NCBI GenBank assembly: GCA_034661055.1
Contig: JAYEKO010000023.1
Coordinates: 1-21,247 of the forward strand
Source of the DNA: Campylobacterota bacterium
GTDB lineage: Bacteria; Campylobacterota; Campylobacteria; Campylobacterales; Sulfurimonadaceae
DNA length: 21,247 bases
Direction: 5' to 3'
The translations under genes and the position numbers were made by a program. The notes under the pieces were generated by a model. The model was given only the letters and a program-made list of their open reading frames with translations, did not search any database and was not told the origin of the DNA. Below are positions 1-8,433 of the stretch, piece after piece. How positions within the stretch are numbered: position 1 is the first letter of the stretch; each line of letters starts with the position of its first letter.

Positions 1-32
1 TTTGTAAGCCAGAAACGACCATCTATTTTCAT
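1..32 (-). CDS. 5' end of a probable ModE-family molybdate-responsive regulator (runs off the window)
   Basis: Not in the ORF track. Minus strand reads AGAGGG (SD-like) ... ATG at 32, then MKIDGRFWLTK, open to the window edge. This resembles the N-terminus of ModE winged-helix proteins as I recall them; only 11 codons are visible. Confidence 0.5.
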   Translation of the reverse strand, partial: MKIDGRFWLT

Positions 33-121
33 TAATATATACTGCCCTCTATTTTTATTGTTCTTATTTTATCGTATTTGAAATAAGAATGTTGTATTAA
101 GTGGTTTGTTTTTCTGGGGAC

Positions 122-127
122 ATTATA
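122..127 (-). promoter_or_regulatory. Candidate -10 box (TATAAT) for the gene starting at 32
   Basis: Perfect TATAAT on the minus strand about 90 nt upstream of the ATG. AT-rich context, so chance is possible. Confidence 0.4.
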
Positions 128-233
128 GTTGCTATGTAGAGAGTTAGCGCAAAAGTGTCACCCAATGAAAACTTAAAGTGTATCTGGATTTTCTAAAAGT
201 AGTTAAAAGTACGTAATTTAGAGAGTTTGTTAA

Positions 234-310
234 TGGTGTCAAGAGGGGGACTTGAACCCCCGACCCCCGGCTTATGAGACCAGTGCTCTAACCAGCTGAG
301 CTACCGTGAC
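234..310 (-). tRNA. tRNA with CAT anticodon, most likely elongator tRNA-Met
   Basis: 77 nt: GTCACGGTAGCTCAGCTGGTTAGAGCACTGGTCTCATAAGCCGGGGGTCGGGGGTTCAAGTCCCCCTCTTGACACCA. It has a D-arm, anticodon loop CTCATAA (anticodon at 274-276), T-loop TTCAAGT and encoded CCA. G1-C72 is paired and the triple G-C anticodon stem is absent, so it is not the initiator. Confidence 0.95.
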
Positions 311-329
311 ACATTTAATAGAGGCTGAA

Positions 330-335
330 ATTATA
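330..335 (-). promoter_or_regulatory. -10 box of the tRNA promoter
   Basis: GC-TATAAT on the minus strand about 20 nt upstream of the tRNA 5' end. Confidence 0.65.
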
Positions 336-487
336 GCTTACTTTCTTTAAAGTTCATTGAAACTATATTTTTTTTAATAATTATTGCATCTTATCTTCTC
401 TAAACACACATTATTAAGCAAAAAAGTTTTCTAATATGTTTTTAGTTATTCTATAATTACATGTAATTTAAAAAACAGACAAAACTA

Positions 488-533
488 TATTTAGCTTTAA
501 AAGCTAAATAATATTGAGTCTTAAAGACTAAAG
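488..533. promoter_or_regulatory. Two tandem HAIR-like inverted repeats (probable HspR operator) upstream of groES
   Basis: 488-510 TATTTAGCTTT-A-AAAGCTAAATA is a perfect inverted repeat (core TTTAGC-N7-GCTAAA). 513-533 ATTGAGT-N7-ACTAAAG matches HAIR CTTGAGT-N7-ACTCAAG at 12/14. Both lie directly upstream of the groES -35. Confidence 0.75.
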
Positions 534-536
534 TAA

Positions 537-565
537 TTGACAATTTACCAAAAACAATGTAGAAT
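537..565 (+). promoter_or_regulatory. sigma70 promoter of groES-groEL
   Basis: TTGACA (537-542), 17-bp spacer, TAGAAT (560-565); AAGGA SD before ATG 605. Confidence 0.85.
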
Positions 566-604
566 CGCGTCCATTAAATACATGTAAATATACAAAGGAT
601 ACTT

Positions 605-865
605 ATGAACTTTCAACCATTAGGAAAACGCGTCTTAGTACAACGCACAGAAGAAGCTACTACTACAGCTTCAGGCATCATCATCCCAGATAATGCAAAA
701 GAGAAACCATCACAAGGCAAAGTTGTTGCAGTAAGCTCTGAAGTGGAGAATGTTACTGTAAATGACACAGTAGTGTTTGGTAAGTATGCAGGAAATGAGT
801 TTTCAATTGGCGGTGAAAAATACTTAATTATAGAGACAGATGATCTTTTTGGAATCATCAAGTAA
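605..865 (+). CDS. groES: Co-chaperonin GroES (Cpn10), short 86-aa Campylobacterota type
   Basis: [12 protein letters not shown], mobile loop [24 protein letters not shown]; directly upstream of groEL. Confidence 0.98.
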   Translation: MNFQPLGKRVLVQRTEEATTTASGIIIPDNAKEKPSQGKVVAVSSEVENVTVNDTVVFGKYAGNEFSIGGEKYLIIETDDLFGIIK

Positions 866-897
866 TTTAAATAAAATATTAATATTAGGAAAAATAG

Positions 898-2535
898 ATG
901 GCAAAAGAAATTCACTTTTCAGACACGGCGCGTAATGAGTTAGCACAGGGAGTTCAAAAACTTACTGATGCTGTTAAAGTAACAATGGGACCACGTGGTC
1001 GTAACGTTTTAATCCAAAAGAGCTACGGTGCACCAGTCATCACTAAAGATGGTGTATCAGTAGCTCGTGAAGTAGAACTTGAAGATGCATTAGAGAACAT
1101 GGGTGCTCAACTAGTTAAAGAAGTAGCATCAAATACTGCTGATGAAGCTGGAGACGGTACAACTACAGCAACGGTTCTAGCTAATGCAATCTTTCAAGAA
1201 GGTCTTCGTAACATCACTGCAGGTGCAAATCCGGTAGAAGTAAAACGCGGAATGGACAAAGCAACTGAAGCTATTTTAGAAAAACTAAAGGCTTCAAGCA
1301 AAGCGATTAAAGACCAAAAAGAGATTGCGCAAGTAGCAACTATCTCTGCAAACTCTGACACCGCTATTGGCGACATGATTGCTGAAGCGATGGAAAAAGT
1401 TGGTCAAGACGGTGTTATTACTGTCGAAGAGGCAAAAGGGATTAATGATGAACTTGATGTAGTTGAAGGAATGCAGTTTGATCGTGGTTTTCTTAGCCCA
1501 TACTTCATTACAAACACTGAAAAGATGATTGCTGAGATTGAGACTCCGTTTATTTTACTTTTTGATCAGAAAATATCTAGCCTAAAAGACCTTCTTCCTG
1601 TATTAGAGCAAGTACAAAAAACAAATCGTCCATTGCTTATTATTGCTGAAGATGTTGAGGGTGAAGCGCTCTCTACACTAGTAGTGAATAAGCTTCGTGG
1701 TGTATTAAATATCTCTGCGGTTAAAGCTCCAGGTTTTGGCGACCGTCGTAAAGCGATGCTTCAAGATATTGCAACACTCACAGGCGCTACAGTAATCTCT
1801 GAAGAGGTTGGACGCACACTAGAGTCAACAACAATTGATGACCTTGGAACTGCTGCACGTGTTGTTATTGATAAAGACAATACAACAGTTGTTAATGGCG
1901 CTGGTAATCCTGAAATGGTATCGGCTCGCGTTGCAGAGATCAAGACACAACTTGATGCTACTACATCAGAGTATGACAAAGAAAAACTTCAAGAACGTCT
2001 TGCAAAACTTAGTGGTGGAGTTGCTGTTATTAAGGTTGGGGCGGCAACTGAGACTGAGATGAAAGAGAAAAAAGATCGTGTCGATGATGCACTTTCTGCA
2101 ACTAAAGCAGCTGTTGAAGAGGGTATCTTAATTGGTGGTGGTGCATCATTAATCCACGCTGGTGCTCAAGTTTCACTAGAGCTTGAAGGTGATCAAAAAA
2201 TTGGTTACGAGATTATTATGCGTGCCATTAAAGCACCAGTTAAACAAATTGCAGAAAATGCAGGTTATGACACTGGTGTTGTTGTTAACGGTATTGCAAA
2301 TGCTGGTAGCAGTACTATTGGTTTTAATGCTGCAACAGGTGACTATGTGGACATGTTTGAAGCGGGAATTATTGACCCGTTTAAAGTATCTCGTGTAGCT
2401 CTAACTAATGCCACTTCAGTATCTAGCCTGCTTCTTACAACAGAAGCAGCAATTATTGACATTCCAGAGCCAGTACCTCCAGTTCCAGGTGCAGGTGATA
2501 TGCCAGGAATGGGTGGTATGCCGGGAATGATGTAA
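898..2535 (+). CDS. groEL: Chaperonin GroEL (Cpn60)
   Basis: [55 protein letters not shown], Gly/Met-rich tail. Confidence 0.99.
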   Translation: MAKEIHFSDTARNELAQGVQKLTDAVKVTMGPRGRNVLIQKSYGAPVITKDGVSVAREVELEDALENMGAQLVKEVASNTADEAGDGTTTATVLANAIFQEGLRNITAGANPVEVKRGMDKATEAILEKLKASSKAIKDQKEIAQVATISANSDTAIGDMIAEAMEKVGQDGVITVEEAKGINDELDVVEGMQFDRGFLSPYFITNTEKMIAEIETPFILLFDQKISSLKDLLPVLEQVQKTNRPLLIIAEDVEGEALSTLVVNKLRGVLNISAVKAPGFGDRRKAMLQDIATLTGATVISEEVGRTLESTTIDDLGTAARVVIDKDNTTVVNGAGNPEMVSARVAEIKTQLDATTSEYDKEKLQERLAKLSGGVAVIKVGAATETEMKEKKDRVDDALSATKAAVEEGILIGGGASLIHAGAQVSLELEGDQKIGYEIIMRAIKAPVKQIAENAGYDTGVVVNGIANAGSSTIGFNAATGDYVDMFEAGIIDPFKVSRVALTNATSVSSLLLTTEAAIIDIPEPVPPVPGAGDMPGMGGMPGMM

Positions 2536-2553
2536 TCATTTCCATTGCGTCTC

Positions 2554-2584
2554 ATAAACCCCTTAATTAAGGGGTTTATTCTTT
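2554..2584. terminator. Probably bidirectional intrinsic terminator between convergent groEL and RND gene
   Basis: Perfect 26-bp palindrome ATAAACCCCTTAATTAAGGGGTTTAT (2554-2579) followed by TCTTT; T-rich tail on both strands. Confidence 0.85.
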
Positions 2585-2596
2585 AAAATTTTGAGC

Positions 2597-5500
2597 TTAC
2601 TGTATCTTATCATTCTCATAAAATTTTCGTAACCATCTATCTAGTGGATTAATCATCTTATACATCACTGGCACAACAAGCAGTGTCAAGACCATAGAAC
2701 TTAAAAGTCCTCCAATAACAGCAATTGACATTGGAGCTTTTGTCTCACTTCCCAACCCGTCGCCAAGAGCCAATGGCAACATGGCAAATACCATAGCAAT
2801 TGTTGTCATTAAAATAGGACGAAGTCGTTTCTCTCCAGCCTCTATTAACGCTTCATCAACATTTTTTTTCTCTTCAACAGCACCATTGGCAAAATCAACA
2901 AGCAGGACTGCATTTTTACCTACCATACCCATTAAGAGCATAAAGCCAATCATAACAAAAAGACTAAACTGCAGTCCTGACATATAGAGTGCTATCATCA
3001 CACCAATAATACTTAATGGAAGTGCAATCATGATAATAAGCGGCTGGACAAGAGACTCATATAAAATAGCTAGAATAATAAACATCATAATGACCGATAG
3101 ACTAATAGCAGCAACAAAAGCTGCCCCTGTCTTCTCCATCTCTTCAGCAAAGCCTGTAAATCTGTACGTCACACTTGGCGGCAAGAGCTCATCAAGCCCC
3201 TCTCTTGTATAGGCTACTGCCCCTCCAAGATCTAGTCCGAAAAGATCAGAATAGATAGTTACCTGTCTCTGTCGATCAAAGTGGTTTATTGAAGCAAGTG
3301 CAGTTGCGTCTGAGAACGTAACAAGTCCGTCTAAATATACAAACTCACCATTGTCTGCTCGAAGCTGTATCTTCTTAATATCTTCAAGACTCATTCTGTT
3401 CTCATCATCAAATCTCAATGTGATGTTGTACTGTTTTCCATTCTCTTCAAAGTATGAAATTTCAGCATCACTGGAGAACGCTATAGAAACTGCCTTCGCA
3501 ATATTTGAAGCAGAAATTCCCAGTTGGTTGGCATTTTGTCTTAAAATAGTGATGTCAATTTGAGGACGTGTATCATCTAAATTAGTATCAATATCTACAA
3601 AGCCCTCTTTTTTTGCCATATACTGTATTAAGTTATTCTTAGCAAGCTCCAAGTCTTTAAAAGAGTCCGATTTTAAGACAATTTGAAATGGAACCGTTAC
3701 ACCTGCCCCTTTAATGTTTGGAATAGCTGCTGCTGTAATAAACATCTTGTCGCTAAAAGGTTTTAGTTTAGCACGAAGACTCTGTGTCACCTCTTCTTGA
3801 TTTAAACTCCGCTCATCTTTTTCTATGAGTTTGACATACAGAAGCGCCTTGTGTTTCTCTTGAGCAGTGTTATAGCCAATGCTCAATGTAGTGTAAACAA
3901 CATTCTCATCTTCTCGTATCACATTTTCTACAGCTTTTGACTGCTTAATCATCTCCTCAAGTGAGACACCTGAATCGGCTTTTATTTTTATCTCTAATTC
4001 TGATTTATCCTCTTTTGGAATAAAGTCCATTCCAATTTTTGGAAAGAGGCTTAGTGATGCAAAAAATACGACAAAAACTACTATTAACGTAGTAACCTTA
4101 AACCTAAGAACACCTTTTAAGATAGCCTCATAGCCACGCTCTAGTGCTCTAAATATCGATTCAGTAATATCATAAAACTTACTCTCTTTTTTCTCTAAAG
4201 TTCTTGCACTAAGACTTGGAATAAAACTTAACGCAATGGTGTAAGATATGATAATGGCAAAACCGACAGTCATCGCAAAACTCTCAAAAAACTTACCGAC
4301 AATACCGCTCATCATAGAGACAGGAATAAAGACGGCTAAAAGCATTGCTGAAATAGCCAAAATGGTAAAAGCCATCTCTTTAGTTCCCTCTACTGCAGCT
4401 TGAAGTTTGTCCATCCCTTCTTCCATCTTCTTATAGATGTTTTCAATAACAACAATCGCATCATCAATAATAATACCAATAGCAAGAGTCAAACCAATAA
4501 GTGTCATCTTGTTAAGATCAAACCCCATGTAGTCCATTAAAGCAAACGTTCCCATAATAGACGATGGAATGGAGAGGGCCGAGACAAATGTAATGGTCAT
4601 ATTTCTTAAAAATACAAAGACAATCAATGCGGCTAAAAGAGCGCCATAAATAAGGTCAAATTCAACATCTTCCAAAGAGTTAATAATAAACGGTGTAGTG
4701 TCATTAAGTGTAATAACATCATAGTTATTACCTGCTAGAGTCTGTAGTTCTGGAATTACATCTTTAACACGCTGTACAATGTCAATGGTATTGGTTCCTG
4801 AAATTTTCTGGATCTCAAGCATAACCCCTTCATCTCCATTAAATGAGGCATAACTTTTAGCATCACTAAGCGTGTCATGCACCTCAGCAATATCTTTTAG
4901 TTTAATGTTGTCTTTAATTTTAATATTTTTGAGCTCTTCAACTGTAAGTGCATCTGCTTTGGTCTTAAGAATAAACTCTTTAGTTTTAGTAATGAGTTTA
5001 CCGCCGCCAATCTTCACGTTTTCATACGCTACAATCTGATTCAACTCACTTACTGTAATTCCAAACTTATTTAATAACTGAGGATTTGGATAGATTTTGA
5101 TTTCTCTGTCTTTATAACCGATGATATTAACACCACCAACACCATTAATCTTCTGTAGTTTTGGTTTTACCTTCTCATCTGCAAACAACATAAGGTTCTT
5201 AATGCTCGCCTCTTTAGCCGTCAAAAAAACATTAATAACAGAAGCACCACCAATATCTAACTTACTCACTAGCGGGGTCTTGGCATCATTGGGCATAACA
5301 ATGGCTGAGACTTTATCTCTAACATCGTTAGTTGCTTCACTAATATTTCGATTTAAAAAGAATCTCACTACGACAACACTAATGCCTTCGCTGCTTGAAG
5401 AGGTGATAAAATCAATCCCTTCAATGCTTGAAACAGCTTCTTCGATTTTATCAGTTATCTGTGACTCAATTGTCGTAGCCTCTGCACCTGGATAGACCGT

Positions 5501-5638
5501 TTTTACTGTTACAATAGGAAAATCAACATTAGGAAAAAGAGCAGATGGCATAGACTTGTAGCTCATCCAACCAAAGATGACCAAGGTCACAACATACATT
5601 AATGTCGTGATGGGTCTGTTTATTGCAAACTTATACAT
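2597..5638 (-). CDS. cmeF: RND efflux inner-membrane transporter (CmeF/HefC-like)
   Basis: 1013 aa; N-terminus MYKFAINRPITTLM; proton-relay motifs IIIDDAIVV, VGKNAVLLVDF, RLRPILMT. Confidence 0.9.
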   Translation of the reverse strand: MYKFAINRPITTLMYVVTLVIFGWMSYKSMPSALFPNVDFPIVTVKTVYPGAEATTIESQITDKIEEAVSSIEGIDFITSSSSEGISVVVVRFFLNRNISEATNDVRDKVSAIVMPNDAKTPLVSKLDIGGASVINVFLTAKEASIKNLMLFADEKVKPKLQKINGVGGVNIIGYKDREIKIYPNPQLLNKFGITVSELNQIVAYENVKIGGGKLITKTKEFILKTKADALTVEELKNIKIKDNIKLKDIAEVHDTLSDAKSYASFNGDEGVMLEIQKISGTNTIDIVQRVKDVIPELQTLAGNNYDVITLNDTTPFIINSLEDVEFDLIYGALLAALIVFVFLRNMTITFVSALSIPSSIMGTFALMDYMGFDLNKMTLIGLTLAIGIIIDDAIVVIENIYKKMEEGMDKLQAAVEGTKEMAFTILAISAMLLAVFIPVSMMSGIVGKFFESFAMTVGFAIIISYTIALSFIPSLSARTLEKKESKFYDITESIFRALERGYEAILKGVLRFKVTTLIVVFVVFFASLSLFPKIGMDFIPKEDKSELEIKIKADSGVSLEEMIKQSKAVENVIREDENVVYTTLSIGYNTAQEKHKALLYVKLIEKDERSLNQEEVTQSLRAKLKPFSDKMFITAAAIPNIKGAGVTVPFQIVLKSDSFKDLELAKNNLIQYMAKKEGFVDIDTNLDDTRPQIDITILRQNANQLGISASNIAKAVSIAFSSDAEISYFEENGKQYNITLRFDDENRMSLEDIKKIQLRADNGEFVYLDGLVTFSDATALASINHFDRQRQVTIYSDLFGLDLGGAVAYTREGLDELLPPSVTYRFTGFAEEMEKTGAAFVAAISLSVIMMFIILAILYESLVQPLIIMIALPLSIIGVMIALYMSGLQFSLFVMIGFMLLMGMVGKNAVLLVDFANGAVEEKKNVDEALIEAGEKRLRPILMTTIAMVFAMLPLALGDGLGSETKAPMSIAVIGGLLSSMVLTLLVVPVMYKMINPLDRWLRKFYENDKIQ

Positions 5639-5644
5639 GTAATT

Positions 5645-6406
5645 CTACTTACTATCAGGCACAGTAATATACCCATCTCCAAAAAGACCTACCACAAAGC
5701 CCTTAGCCTTGACTTCTGCTTTAATCTTTCTATTGTCACTGTTGGCAATTGGATATACTTTAGAGATAACCCCTTCATAGAGCTTACTATCGCCATTAAC
5801 ACTGTATTTGACTCTATCTCCAATAGAGACTTGCTTCCAATATTTCTGATCAAACTCAAAAATAAGTTTACGCTCTTTTGGACTCTGTATCTTAAAAATA
5901 GTACGCAGCATCATTCCGCTAACTACATCACCGACTTCAACACTTTTTTCCAGAATTACTCCATTAAAAGGGGCATGAATCTCTGTTTTATCTAAAAGTG
6001 TCTGCTGATACACTAGCTTTGCTTCAGCCTCTGCTATAGCTACCTTTGCTGTCTCATAATTAAGAAGATACTGATCAAACTGTGCTTCATCAATAAGATC
6101 TTTAATAAGTAGTTGCCGCTCATAATCTTTTTTTGCAAACTTAAGTGCAACCTTAGCTCTGCTGAGTGCTGCTTTAGCCATCTGTAGTGATGCTTTTAGG
6201 TCATCGTTTTGAAGTTCTACTAAAAGATCCCCTTTTTTAACTAGACTAGAGACATCTACATGTATTTTATTGACAATGCCGCCAGAGTAAAATGCTAAGT
6301 TAGCACTCTTGTCTGCCTCTATGTTAAACGTCGCATATATCTCTGCTGCACTTACACTTGAAATGAAAAACAGCAATCCTAACATTATCTCTTTAAGACT
6401 AGGCAT
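5645..6406 (-). CDS. cmeE: Efflux periplasmic adaptor / membrane fusion protein (CmeE/HefB-like)
   Basis: Signal peptide ending SVSA-AEIYATFN, lipoyl half-motifs VKKGDLLVEL and IHAPFNGVI flanking a coiled-coil hairpin; between TolC and RND genes; GGAGG SD before ATG 6406. Confidence 0.88.
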   Translation of the reverse strand: MPSLKEIMLGLLFFISSVSAAEIYATFNIEADKSANLAFYSGGIVNKIHVDVSSLVKKGDLLVELQNDDLKASLQMAKAALSRAKVALKFAKKDYERQLLIKDLIDEAQFDQYLLNYETAKVAIAEAEAKLVYQQTLLDKTEIHAPFNGVILEKSVEVGDVVSGMMLRTIFKIQSPKERKLIFEFDQKYWKQVSIGDRVKYSVNGDSKLYEGVISKVYPIANSDNRKIKAEVKAKGFVVGLFGDGYITVPDSK

Positions 6407-6439
6407 TTAGTGCCTCCCTGTACTGAATTTTAATTTTTG

Positions 6440-7666
6440 TCATTGTAAAAACTCCTCTATATTCTTTCCTGCATAATAGTAGTACGTAGCATACGCTACT
6501 TCAAGGTCATTTAATGATGTCTCATAAAGTGCTTTGGCACTAGTCTGAGAACTTAACGCATCAAGGTAGGCTACATTGTCAACAATTCCCGCTTCATATT
6601 TTTTGCTAATAGTTGTAAAGGCACTAGTAGCTGATGTTAAAGCACTTTTGGCACTTTTTATCTTACTAGCACTAGTCTTAATAGTGGCAACGGCAATATC
6701 ATACTGCATCTGCTGCTCTTTAGTACTAAACGCAATTTGAGCTTCTGCTGCTTGTGAGTCAATCATAAGAGCCTGTTTTGTTTTAGAGATGACACCGTTA
6801 TCATAAAGCCTAAAATTAAGAGAAACTAGTAACTTATTCTGAGCATCAACGCCTTCTGGGTGTAAACTATCCGTTCGACCATAGTCATACATACTGTACG
6901 TATCTTCTAAACGAATCGTTGGATAATAGCTACTGTCAATAGACTCTGCTCTACTTACAAGCGCATCCTTGCCTGCCATATGAGATTTAATGCTGTCGGT
7001 CAACTCTATCTCATGTTCTTTAAACGTTGTGAATTTAGAATCATCTAAACTCGTAATCTCTTTTCCAACATAGAGTTCTAAAGAGTATTTCAGCGATAGA
7101 ATTTGAAGTTTTAGTGACTCCATCTCATAGGTATTGGTATCAAATGCGGCTTGGAGTCTGTCAACATCATCTTTAGTAGCGACTCGCGCCTTGTAGAAAC
7201 GCTGCATACGCGTTAACTGCTCTTGTAGTGATCTTTTTGCCTCTTCTCTTGAATCTAGAACTGCCCGCATACTTTTTATATTAAAAAAAGCTTTGGAGAT
7301 TTCTAAACTAAGACTCTGCTTCTGTGCTTCAAGATCAAAACCACTCGAGTCATATTCATGTCTGCTCTGCTCTAACAGCGCTGACTTTTTTCCACCATCA
7401 TATATATCAATACCCGCTTTTGCATATCCACTATAGATATCACCAGGCATCATATACGTCTTTTCATTTAAAGTTTGATAGGCTGCACCCATATCAATTG
7501 TTGGATAATACGAACTTTTTCGTGCCTCAACTGAAATATTTTTTGCTTTTTTACTTAGCTCTTTTGAGACCACCAAATCACTCTTTTGCTTTGCCAATAC
7601 AATGAGAGACTGCAAGCTTTGTCCGTAAATAAAAACTGGAATAATAAAAAGTAGTAACTTCATCAC
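6440..7666 (-). CDS. cmeD: TolC-family outer-membrane efflux protein (CmeD/HefA-like)
   Basis: Signal peptide; two OEP repeats (SSYYPTID / SSYYPTIR; IYDGG / LYDNG; KKYEAGIVD); start (GTG 7666 or ATG 7663) overlaps the tetR stop. Confidence 0.88.
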   Translation of the reverse strand: MMKLLLFIIPVFIYGQSLQSLIVLAKQKSDLVVSKELSKKAKNISVEARKSSYYPTIDMGAAYQTLNEKTYMMPGDIYSGYAKAGIDIYDGGKKSALLEQSRHEYDSSGFDLEAQKQSLSLEISKAFFNIKSMRAVLDSREEAKRSLQEQLTRMQRFYKARVATKDDVDRLQAAFDTNTYEMESLKLQILSLKYSLELYVGKEITSLDDSKFTTFKEHEIELTDSIKSHMAGKDALVSRAESIDSSYYPTIRLEDTYSMYDYGRTDSLHPEGVDAQNKLLVSLNFRLYDNGVISKTKQALMIDSQAAEAQIAFSTKEQQMQYDIAVATIKTSASKIKSAKSALTSATSAFTTISKKYEAGIVDNVAYLDALSSQTSAKALYETSLNDLEVAYATYYYYAGKNIEEFLQ

Positions 7667-8256
7667 TTCACCTCTATTAATTTAAACAGTGCATCTATAT
7701 AACTGTTTAACTCTTGCTCAATATTTGTAATGGCATTGGTTGAAGCACTTGATATGAACATTCCTTCTGCGGTAACAAACAAGCCTCTTACGAGATTATT
7801 TGACTCCATTATAATCTCACCACTGTCTATAGCATCTTGGATTATCTTTTCAAACCATACGTAGTATCCCTCAAAACAGTCTGTCTGAAATTCAATCATC
7901 TTCTCATCAGGTGAACTCAAAGAAATGGAGATGAACTCTTTATATAACTGTCGAAGTTCAGCATCTTCCTCACTGTAGAAAAAGATGCTAAAAAGTTTAA
8001 TTTTATCTTTTGCTGCTACAGTGTGCGACATCCGCTTTTGTATAATAATATTTCGCTCTTGTATTAATATATTGACAATTTCAAAAACCAGATCTTCTTT
8101 ATTTTTAAAATAGTCATACATCGTCCCTTTACCAACACCTGCGGCTTTTGCTAATTGCGAAATAGTTAAGTTTTTAATACCATTTTGAAACACCAATTCT
8201 TTGCATGAGAGTGCAATATTTTTTCGTTTTTGGACTTTATCTACTATAATTGCCAT
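7663..8256 (-). CDS. TetR/AcrR-family transcriptional regulator
   Basis: HTH LTISQLAKAAGVGKGTMYDYFKNKEDL; first gene of the efflux operon; AGGTG SD. Confidence 0.95.
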   Translation of the reverse strand: MAIIVDKVQKRKNIALSCKELVFQNGIKNLTISQLAKAAGVGKGTMYDYFKNKEDLVFEIVNILIQERNIIIQKRMSHTVAAKDKIKLFSIFFYSEEDAELRQLYKEFISISLSSPDEKMIEFQTDCFEGYYVWFEKIIQDAIDSGEIIMESNNLVRGLFVTAEGMFISSASTNAITNIEQELNSYIDALFKLIEVK

Positions 8257-8273
8257 ATTTCACCTTTAAAACA

Positions 8274-8296
8274 AAATGACTGACCGTCAGTCATTT
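8274..8296. promoter_or_regulatory. Probable TetR operator
   Basis: Perfect inverted repeat AAATGACTGAC-C-GTCAGTCATTT, 17 bp upstream of the tetR ATG and overlapping the predicted transcription start. Confidence 0.8.
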
Positions 8297-8298
8297 AA

Positions 8299-8307
8299 AG
8301 TGTAACA
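8299..8307 (-). promoter_or_regulatory. Extended -10 (TGtTACACT) of the tetR-efflux operon
   Basis: TGn + TACACT on the minus strand immediately upstream of the palindrome. Confidence 0.55.
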
Positions 8308-8372
8308 TAATATATTAGATGAACTTAAGAGATGTTTAGTAAAATTTATGATTTACTACTTATAATCCGTGT

Positions 8373-8404
8373 TTAACACAAATGTAACAATTACAGCCTA
8401 TAAT
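8373..8404 (+). promoter_or_regulatory. Promoter of the nosL-like operon with OmpR-type direct repeat
   Basis: TTAACAC-AAAT-GTAACAA (TAACA repeated at 11-bp period, 8374 and 8385), then TATAAT at 8399-8404. A second TATAAT lies at 8361-8366; AAGGA SD before ATG 8434. Confidence 0.6.
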
Positions 8405-8433
8405 CTATACTTAGATAAATTATAAGGAAAACC

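Noticed and set aside
130..260. tRNA 3' end as an integration site of a genomic island
   Set aside because: No integrase and no duplicated tRNA 3' end within the window, so it cannot be supported here.
488..510. CIRCE (HrcA) element upstream of groES
   Set aside because: The TTAGC...GCTAA ends resemble CIRCE, but the inner ACTC/GAGT and the 27-bp length are missing. The N7 spacing fits HAIR better.
2461..2535. Pro-rich repetitive GroEL tail ([23 protein letters not shown])
   Set aside because: Within the normal variability of the disordered Gly/Met GroEL tail.
613..2555. Alternative ORFs over groES/groEL (613-915, 1194-1376, 1761-1979, 1835-2062, 2183-2398, 2343-2555)
   Set aside because: Antisense or out-of-frame shadows of highly conserved genes with no recognisable motifs.
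2862..2869. Homopolymer tract as a phase-variation site
   Set aside because: An 8-nt A/T run is expected at this base composition and the frame is intact; no long poly-G/C tracts were seen.
2781..7605. Plus-strand ORFs inside the efflux operon (2781, 3030, 3351, 5121, 7324)
   Set aside because: Antisense shadows of the RND and TolC genes.
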